Origin: Octopus vulgaris
Taxonomy: Eukaryota
NCBI GenBank assembly: GCA_951406725.2
Contig: OX597820.1
Location: 67,642,001-67,706,000, forward strand
Direction of reading: 5' to 3'
Length of the DNA stretch: 64,000 bases
The notes beneath the pieces were generated by a model. That model was not told the DNA's origin and made no database searches. It saw nothing but the letters and a program-made list of their open reading frames with translations. The position numbers and the translations under genes are program-made. This document shows positions 55,414 through 64,000 of this stretch, in pieces; within the stretch, counting starts at the first letter, position 1, and every line of letters begins with the position of its first letter.

Positions 55414-55840
55414 GAGGGGGCGCTGAAAAGTTCCTGGCGTTGGGTAAACAAAATACAGGAGAATCAGTTAATTATGATCTTAGCTGGTCTTAAAAGTCAT
55501 CTAAGGGCTCATCAGCGGAGTAAGTGATGGAGTATGGTGTGTGTGTGTGCTGATAGGACGGCTATCATCTCTCAAGATGAAGCAATCATCATATACATAC
55601 ATACATACATACATACATACGACGGGGTGCTGAAAAGTTTCTGGCTTTAAAGGTGTTGTGAAAGGCCTGGTTGGAGGTCCAACCTTCCGAGTTCTTTTAC
55701 GGGTCTTAGAAAAACTGAAGGACCACTGCAGTAAGTAAGTGTGTGAATCTGAGAAGCGAATATGTTAAATAAAATCGTAATTAACTGATCCTCGTGTATT
55801 TTCTTTTACCCAACGCCAGGAGCTTTTCAACACTCCCTCG
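55413..55840. mobile_element. Mariner-like MITE (55620-55840) plus an inverted partial end (55413-55480)
   Basis: A TIR of the type cgaggggg(c/t)gctgaaaagtt(c/t)ctggc occurs three times with mismatches, each next to TA. Confidence 0.82.
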
Positions 55841-55855
55841 TATATGTACTTATAC

Positions 55856-56390
55856 AGGGTGTTCGGACTAAACTTGACAGTTTTATAAAAGGAGAAGAAA
55901 ATACAGTGTCCCATCCAGAAATGAAAGTATTTAAAAAAACTCTAGAATATCATTAGATTAGGCTGGGAAATAAATAATTTAGACGCCTTTATCTTTTATC
56001 ACGGTCTCAAAATAGCTCTGAAACCTGGCGTATGCGTTCCTCACTGTGTCTCTTGGAAGATCTTCGAACACCTCCTTGATCCTGGCTACCAGATCAGCCT
56101 TGGCGTTGTGGGCAGAGCAGTTAGTGTCTTTCTTAACTGAGACTCACTCATTGCAATCAATGAGATTACAATCGTGGGAATTAGAAGGCCAGAAATCGGG
56201 ACTCATGAAGTCGTAGTAATTCTCCGACAACCACTTCTAGCTCTTTCCAGAGGTAGTACAAGGAATCGAATCCTGCTGCCACACATATGGCCTTCAATTA
56301 GCAACCGTTTCCGTCCATGGATTTACCACAGTTTTCAGTAGCTTCATATAGCCGTCTGAATTGTGCCTAAGGCTCTGTTCAGAGACGCGG
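55856..56390 (-). mobile_element. maT (DD37D) transposon 3' half, pseudogenised
   Basis: PYVWQQD-x37-D (…FWPSNSHDCNLID) with 37 codons counted, internal stops, and terminus TA-cagggtgttcgg. Confidence 0.85.
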
Positions 56391-56605
56391 GGATAAAACC
56401 AGGGGTACAGACACTGTCAGAACCCTTCCAGGCTGCAACCCGACATAGCCGCAATGCAATAACTGAAAGAAGCAAATGACTATGTTTGTGCTGTGTGTGA
56501 GTGTGTGAGTGTGTGTTCGTTCATGAATACACATCAGAATGTTCTAGATAAGTATATATTCACAAATTGCACCCAATACTATCGCACATATCACACGCAT
56601 ATATA

Positions 56606-56813
56606 CAGGGTGGCCCAAAAGTAGGCTTACAGTTATCTATCTCTTTCGCATTCAATAATTAACAGTTTAGATCTTAATTATAAAAAAATATGAAACTATT
56701 ATTCTATGCTAAGTTAGTTAATCGTAAGATAGAAATTTAAATGTAGTAAAATGTTTTAAAAGAAATTTAAAGTGCCTACGTGATAACTGTAAACCTACTT
56801 TGGGGCCACCCTG
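56606..56813. mobile_element. Tc1-like MITE
   Basis: ~32-bp TIRs cagggtggcccaaaagtaggcttacagttatc, with TA TSD. Confidence 0.92.
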
Positions 56814-56959
56814 TATAATAATTGGCATTGAAGTAACAAGGTCAATAGGGCGTCGGATAAAATGACATCTGGATCTTAGCATTCTGAGTTTAAATCCCAC
56901 CTAGATCGATGAATGAGGTACCAGCCCAGGGCAGTGAGTTGAGCAGTGTCAGTTTTGGT

Positions 56960-57300
56960 TCTCTGGGTTGTAAATTTGAATTCTACTTCTTGTCATCGGA
57001 AAAGGCGGGTCGCTCGGGTCCCGATTAAAACGCTGAAAGACTTGGGAAGTCCTTAAACACATGCGCAAATATTTTAGCTGATCGATTTCAATGCCAGCAT
57101 TGCCAACTGGTGAGTGAGGTTTTTGAAACTTTGTGTACCCAACATCGACAAAGACTGCACACACTCAACCACCCCACAAGACACACGATTACACACATTC
57201 ACTCACATCCATTGAGCCGCTTTCGATTAAATAGACTGTACAATTTCTTACCTTGTACTTTTGTTCCACATAGCAATAATTGTTTATTAAAACTCGGGAC
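56960..57300 (+). mobile_element. Decayed LINE (CR1/L2-like) APE endonuclease fragment
   Basis: LIDFNASIANW (GDFNA motif), then after a frameshift ETLCTQH...NHPTR (PTR motif). Confidence 0.5.
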
Positions 57301-57364
57301 CTTTTCTCACGAATTTCTTTCCAACTATTTTATTTTATTTCTGCACATTCGGTTTATTTATATA

Positions 57365-57747
57365 GGCGCAGGAGTGGCCATATAGGCAGAGTGGCTGTGT
57401 GGAAGGTAGCTTGCTTACCAACCACATGATTCCGGGTTCAGTCCCACTGCGTGGCATCTTGGGCAAGTGTCTTCTGCTATAGCCTCGGGCCGACCAAAGC
57501 CTTGTGAGTTGATTTGATAGACGGAAACTGAATGAAGCCCGTATATGTTTGTGTGTCTGTGTTTGTCCCCCCCCAACATCGCTTGACAACCAATGCTTGT
57601 GTGCTTACTTCCCCGTAACTTAGCGTTTCGACAAAAGAGAGCGATAGAATAAGTATTAGTCTCACAAAGAATAAGTCCTGGGATCGATTTGCGGTGTTCC
57701 AGCATGGCCGCAGTCAAATGACTGAAACAAATAAAAGAATAAAAGAA
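57365..57747 (+). mobile_element. Family A SINE with a partly duplicated 5' end
   Basis: ataggcgcaggagtggcc-atataggcagagtggctgtg..., then the normal body lacking the (TA)n tract. Confidence 0.9.
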
Positions 57748-57979
57748 TTCCTCAAGTTGAATGTTTTCCTTAGGTGTTTTCTTCACACCAGCACGCCATA
57801 GTTATCACAGATATCTGCATTTGGTTGTTAGAATTGTAAGAGTCAAATTTGCATCTTTGTCAGTAATAGTGTTGCGTATGTAAAACGCTTGTTTTTTCTT
57901 TTTTACTGGTGGTTCTACATTACGTTTTTTTTTTTTTCAAATTCCACATTTAATATTTTTAAATGATATATAACAGCAT

Positions 57980-60610
57980 GACTGTGTGGTTAAAAAGCTC
58001 ATTTTTACGAAAGCATCTCTACCCGACTTTCCCTTGCAAGTGAAATTTCAAAAAGTCGATGGCAGCTTCAGTCCTTTCGGTTGCGCTCTGCACAAAATCA
58101 CGTTCGCTATCTCCACCTGACAGAAGAAAAACTAGCTGCCCTCACGGGATAAAGAAAATGTAGTGGAGCGATTCTCACGTTGAAATAGACCGATAGTCGA
58201 ATCAACACTACACACGACAGCACTTGTTCGACTAATCTTCACAACTTAGTAATGCTGGAACACTTGGAAGAAATTCACGTGATGGAGTTGTTGTGACTAG
58301 ACCTGCTTGGGATAGTGTATGTTTGTGTCTCATCAATGTGGATAGACAGCAAAGGCCTATCTGTTGGCTTACACATTGACCAAAATTTAGCAGAGTTACA
58401 GGTCTGAAGTCTTCAAAATAGTTCCTGTTATTCGAATCCTCCCTCAGCAGAAGTAACTGCTTCTTTTCGATGGAATTTTAATCGAATTATATCAAATAGA
58501 TATTTTCAGAACTAACCACCGTAAGCTGTTGACAATTTGCTCCATAAACAATCGCTTAACTAATTCTCTAATGCGGTCTCTGTAAGCTTGGCGTGCCGGG
58601 AAAGACGCACTCAGTTTCTAGAAACCAACTCTCTTCATAAGTCGACTGTAAAAATTACTAATTTGTGTTCTGTGTAGCCGACCGATTTGAATTGTGGACA
58701 CTCTATGCTTTCCATGTCTACCGGATGACACGATGCTGTTTACCCATCTCTACATTGTCACATTCGAGAAATCCAGTAGGCACTTATCAGACAGTTAGAA
58801 ACGTCTGGACAGGTTTGCGAGGCTTTTGCCACCACCTCTCCAATCAGTTCATCTCACACAATATAAACGTGCATCCAAGAGTGGGGTCCAGATGGACACT
58901 AATACTAAAGAGCAGGACATCCTGAGGAAAACCTTCATCGCCTGAAGACATCTAGTTAACTCGCTCCATCGGGGCAATCATATTTACCAACTGTTCACCT
59001 CCTGCTGCTCACGACTAGGTATGAGGAGGTCGACTGTATCTCATGACCCAGGCCACTCTGAAACAACACTTGCACTCCACCTTACATTTCATGTAGGCTC
59101 AGCGATGCGCCGAACCGGAAGTCAACAAAAATGGGCGCAATAGTACGTGTGTCGTAAATCGTGGTTTCACTGATGGCTATCACTTTCATATCTAGTGACC
59201 TGAGATCGTTGATTAGACGCCCCTGCTACTGGGATGACCCTATGCCACACGTATGTTTGCAAACCAATCTTAAAGCTGTCATGTCGGTAGGAAAACGGGA
59301 AGGAGGAAGGGTCACCTACCTTATTGGTTTTTCTGTAGGTAATCGGATATTTGAAAACCCTTCTCTGTGTAGGTTTCCGTGGAATAAGCCTGATCAAGGC
59401 CAGAAAATTGGTGTTCCCAACGTCAAGTGGGAAACTCTTTTATTTCTCTATATTTGTGACAGCTTTAGCAATTTCGAGTTCTCCAAGATTTTCGCTGCAC
59501 TTTTATTGAAAGCTTCTCTTACTGTACATATCTCTATTTGTGCTCTGTGAGGTTGCAGTTTCTTTTTTTTTATTTTTCTCTTCTTATAAGATGGATGTGG
59601 ATGCAATTTGTTGTTGAGAGTAGAGTATTATATTTAGCTGGTGTAACTTTTGTTCTGCATGTGTTTGTGTTTTTTTTGTGTTTTCTTTTTCTGTCTGCTA
59701 GTAGAGGATGTGGTAGTGATGGTGTATTTCTTGTTGTAAACTGAATATTGCTTGGGGTGGAGGTGAAGTTGGTGTTTGATTTTAATTTCTTTTCTTTTTG
59801 ATTCCGTCCACCTACCACAGATTTGGCTTTTCTTTGCCTTCCCTTCTCAAGGTATGGTGGGAAGTCTCTGACACGGACTGGGCCAAGGATACTTTTTCTT
59901 GTGTGTGTTTGGCTATGCTTGAGCATGTATGGAAGGAAGATAAGAGACAGGGGAAAATAAAGAGTGCTAGGGTTGGAATGTACACTGGGTGGTGATTATT
60001 TTGATATAGTTGTTATACCATCTTGCTAAAGCTGAAGCATTTGATGCTGATGCTGTTGGTGCGATTGTGGGTGTCGTGATTATTGTTACTGATGCTGTTG
60101 CTGTTGTTGATGTTCGTTCTAATGCTGTTATTACTGACTCGTTTTTACTTGCTTCTGCCTTTACTGTTTCACACTTTTGCTGTTGTTGCAAGCATAGAAC
60201 CAGTCCTTTTTTTTCTTTTCCTGTTTCGGTTGTGTGAATTGAAGGATTTAAGATGGTCAGTTATTCCACAGATATGGAATCTCGGTCGTCTTTCCTCCAC
60301 AAATATTTGTAGTGCCGCACTACTCAACAAGGAGATGGCGTTTTCGGATCCTTTCCAAATGTTTTGGCTTTACACAGAGAATGACATCTAATATGGTCCA
60401 AACCAATCCTCTTGCCTCATTCTCTTCACATCCAGTAAAGTTTCGCATTCTTCCATCGCTACGCACGCCTATAGCCAGCAGAGATCCAGCTCAGGTAGTT
60501 TTCTCCGCTATTATGATCCTTACTACCTTTCTTTCCAAATAAGTGGGAAGAGAGTGAAGTGCTCTCTGCGGTGTCCAACCACTGAATGTTGTACTGAAAG
60601 GACATCAAGA
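57980..60610 (-). mobile_element. Decayed Tx1/L1-clade LINE: ORF1 and the endonuclease part of ORF2
   Basis: ORF1 knuckle remnant IFVEERRPRFHICGITDHLKSF at ~60244-60312. APE start FKIGL...GIGSS.*QGRLINDLRSLDMKVIAISET from ~59275 downward, with GYTEHKLV (SDH motif) and GF*KLSASF (W.LN motif). Many stops. Confidence 0.82.
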
Positions 60611-60680
60611 TCAAATGTCTTGACTAATACTTTATATTATCGGCTCCGGAGTGATGAAAGACAAAGCTAACTTCAGTAGA

Positions 60681-60912
60681 AGGTTCCGGGTCCAGTTCCA
60701 CTGCGTGGCACCTCATGCAAATGTTTTCTACTATAGCCTCGGGCCGACCAAAGCATTGTGAGTGGATTTGGTAGACGGAACTCTTTGTGTATATGTGTTT
60801 GTTCCCCCACCATCATTTGACAACCGATGTTGGTGTGTTTACGCCCCCGTAACTTAGCGTTTCGACATAAAAGATGATCCAGCATGGCCCAAGTCAAATG
60901 ACTGAAACAAAG
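60681..60912 (+). mobile_element. Family A SINE, truncated and internally deleted
   Basis: CORE and tail blocks are present. Confidence 0.85.
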
Positions 60913-60955
60913 ACTTTGCAACTAAAAAAAGTAGGAGAAAAGTTTTCATAATATA

Positions 60956-61512
60956 TTGGATTGTCCGGAAAGTTCGTGCCCAATTTTTAAAGGAAAGAAA
61001 AAAGTCAATAGATACTTGCCATTACATTTTTAATCAACCAATTATGAACCATTTTGTTGCACAATGCGTCTCCATCTTTCCTTTAACTTGAAAATACCCT
61101 CTTCCCAGAATTGAGGTGGTTTCATGGCAAAGAATTCAACAAGGTATCTTTTCATGTCATCCAAGGAATTGAAATTTTTACCATTAAGACTATTCTGCAG
61201 AGATCTGAATAAGTGGAAATCCGAAGGAGCAATATCTGGTGAATATGGAGGGTGAAATAACACATCCCAGCGAGCTGCAGCAATTTTTGTCTGGTTCCCG
61301 AAGCATCAAGTGTCGAAAATGAACTTCCATTTTAAAGGGTTACAAAATTTACACAGGTTATAGAAACATAAACCTTCTTCCACGAAAACATAGTTTAAAC
61401 TGTGCTCTAAATGGAGGTGTAGTAAAATCCTATTTTATGGACCCAACCATGTTCTAAAATAAGTCGAAAGGTAAGCTACTATAAATCGGCACGAATTTTC
61501 CGAACAACCCAA
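60956..61512 (-). mobile_element. Internally deleted mariner, second copy
   Basis: Both TIRs with TA TSD; HPPYSPDIAPSDFHLF; same deletion junction as 40913-41456. Confidence 0.94.
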
Positions 61513-61528
61513 TAAATAAAGTGTAAGT

Positions 61529-61789
61529 CGTGGCACTCTGTCGGTTACGACGATGAGGGTTTCAGTTGATCCTATCAACGGAACAGCTTGCTCGTGAAAT
61601 TAACCTGCAAATGGCTGAGCATTCCACAGACACGTGTACTCTTAACGTACGTGTACCCCCTGCCGGAGCCGCGTGGAGATTTAGGTGTTTTCGCTCAATA
61701 AATACTCACAACGCCCAGTCTGGGAATCGAAACAGCGATTCTACGACCGCGAGTCCGCTGCCCTAACCACTGGGCTGTTGCGTGTCCAC
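61529..61789 (-). mobile_element. Family C-type SINE with another tail and a 13-bp TSD
   Basis: TSD ataaagtgtaagt at 61516-61528 and 61790-61802; head and middle like 9914-10232. Confidence 0.88.
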
Positions 61790-62419
61790 ATAAAGTGTAA
61801 GTATACAGAAATAAACACTATTTTCCACCTTACTGATAGTTTTGTTTCATTTTGAAAAATAAAAATTTATTTTATGATTTATTATTGTTTATAATTTGAA
61901 TAATGTATATATGGGGGCACAACATCTTTTGAGTGCTTCGGGCCTCTATGGGTCTCAATCAGGCCCTGAATTTATGCGTTCAGTAAGAAGTAGAGACAAC
62001 ACTGATACCGCGAAAGAACAGAAGGTATGTGGTTGATAGAAGTGTCTGAGTGGTGACAAAATGCCTTCTAGAATTTAGTTTATTATACCTTGTCCTTTTA
62101 TGTTCTGAGATCAAATCCTGTCAACAGCATTAATAGTATTATTATTGCCAATCGTTATTATTGTTGATGCTATCATTAATGAGGGGTCTCCTCATCCTCT
62201 CCAATTCATCTTGAGACGATATATGACATTTGTAATTGCTGGTGTCGTTAGAGATTTTTGTTGCTGTTGTCATCTTTGATGATGTTGTTATTTCCCCCGT
62301 TTTATTGTTTGTTATCAGTGAGAGAAACTGGGCGAAATCAGGGCACCGCAGCCTACATGAGTAGATGTATGTAGAGACCTATACAGTCTACATCAGAGGA
62401 GACTAATACACTCCAGCTT

Positions 62420-62995
62420 CCATCCCCATCACCACACGCACACGCACACACACACCGCCACCACCACCACCACCACAACAAAAAACAGCAACAACACAAT
62501 CACCGCCACTAGTACCACCGGCATGATTATCATCACCGCCATCATTACCATCATCATCACAACTATCACCATCACCATCACCATCACCATCACCATCACC
62601 GCCTCGACAACTACGCAACGGCATCTCTGCAACAACGACGATGACGACCTCCTCCACCGCCACCACAACAGACATCACCACAACCACAGACACCATTACC
62701 ACCGATACTACGACCACCGCCGCCACCACCGCCGCCACCGCCGCCGCCACCGCCGCCGCCACCACCACCACCACTATCGCTATCAACACCATCGCCAACA
62801 CCCACGCATTCACCACAATTGCAATCATCATCACCACGATTATCGCCATCTTCACAAACATCAGCATCTGCAAAACCACCACCACCACTACCACCACCAC
62901 CACCTCCACCACTACCACCACCACCACCTCCACCACCGCCGCCGCCGCCGTCGTCATCGTCATCATCATCGTCAACATCATTATCGTCATCATTA
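62420..62995. repeat. Cryptically simple (CAC/CAT/CCG)n tract
   Basis: Direct inspection; source of the poly-His/Thr/Pro ORFs. Confidence 0.9.
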
Positions 62996-63489
62996 ACCTA
63001 CAAAAGCACCGCTATCATACCTTTGGGTATGTTTGACAAGCTGACAGTAACAGGGCAGTTGATATCGAAAGATAGCAGGGACTAGGGGAAGGGTTTGGTG
63101 TTGAAAAGAAGGCAGAGAGAGGAGGGTGTGTGTATGTTTGTGTGTGTGCTAGTGGGTGTGTGTATGAGTGTGTGTGTGTGTGTGTGTGTGTTGGTAAGGA
63201 AGATGAAAAGGGAAGAAAAAAGGATTAGAAAAGAGTGAAAGAAAGAAGAAAATTTTGGAAGGCGAGGAAGAAAAAAGAGATGGCACAGGAAAAGGAGAAG
63301 TAGAAGAGGAATAAAAAAAAGGGGTTGAAAAGAAGAGAAGAAGAAGCGAAGTGGTGGAGGAAAGGAAAAAAAGGAGAGGAAAAATAGAACAAAAAAAAAA
63401 GGAGAAAAGAAAGGAAGATGTAAAAGTGGTGTTGGTGGTGGGGGAAGAAGTAGAAGTAGACGCGGAAGATTTAAAAAGCTGATAGCAAT

Positions 63490-63594
63490 GGCGACAATGG
63501 TAAAGATTATGATATTGATGACGACTACGACCACCACGATGTTGTTGATGATGATGATGATGATGAAGACGATGATGGTGGCGATAATGATGAC

Positions 63595-63636
<42 letters not shown>

Positions 63637-63720
63637 AATAATGATGGTGATGACGATGATGATGATGATAATGACGACGACGGCGACGATGACGATGATG
63701 ATGATGAGGAGGAGGAGTTG
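63490..63720. repeat. (GAT/GAC)n tract
   Basis: Direct inspection. Confidence 0.92.
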
Positions 63721-63918
63721 GAAGCTGACGGAAGGAAAAGAATAAGTCATTCATGACTTTTACAAACAGAACCAACAGCAGTAGCAACAACAACAATATC
63801 AATTCTTTATTATTATTTATTATTTTATTCTTTTAGTGATTTGACAGTCGGGGGGCAGGGAACTGCGACTACGCTGGAGCACCATAAGAATATCAATTCG
63901 ATGATAATAACGATGGTA

Positions 63919-63968
<50 letters not shown>

Positions 63969-64000
63969 AATGATAATGATAATTTCCACGACGCTGACGA

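Noticed and set aside
57078-57109. Apparent 32-nt zinc-finger micro-exon (DRFQCQHCQL) with a GTGAGT donor
   Set aside because: Another frame gives LIDFNASIANW and a downstream PTR motif, so it is better explained as a decayed LINE endonuclease.
62320-62367. Plus-strand 48-nt exon candidate with a kinase-like GTAAYMS
   Set aside because: Lacks the PE and DFG context; shows that such candidates arise by chance on both strands.
62403-63802. Poly-His/Thr/Pro/Met ORFs
   Set aside because: Same trinucleotide-repeat artefact.

Overview
Eukaryotic, AT-rich, repeat-dominated non-coding DNA: a giant intron or gene desert. The repeat families resemble those I recognise from octopus genomes; this taxon call is an inference from memory, not a database match. 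No intact protein-coding gene, rRNA or tRNA gene is supported, and nearly all supplied ORFs are translations of microsatellites. The window contains: (1) dense simple repeats; (2) roughly 30 copies or fragments of three groups of tRNA-derived SINEs; (3) decayed LINEs (Tx1/L1-like, RTE, CR1-like, R4/Dong-like in (TAA)n, Penelope-like); (4) Tc1/mariner-superfamily remnants and MITEs (DD34D mariner, DD37D maT, Tigger/Tc2-like), plus hAT and piggyBac MITEs. The most interesting signals are several Penelope-type minimal hammerhead ribozyme motifs beside (TA)n tracts, one with an intact catalytic core at 1206-1286. Also notable are repeated fold-back palindromes (including a perfect 78-bp one), a pre-miRNA-like hairpin near 17.1 kb, and short unique islands between microsatellites carrying strong splice signals or dense hairpins. 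I cannot establish a wholly new system from the sequence alone; these are candidates.
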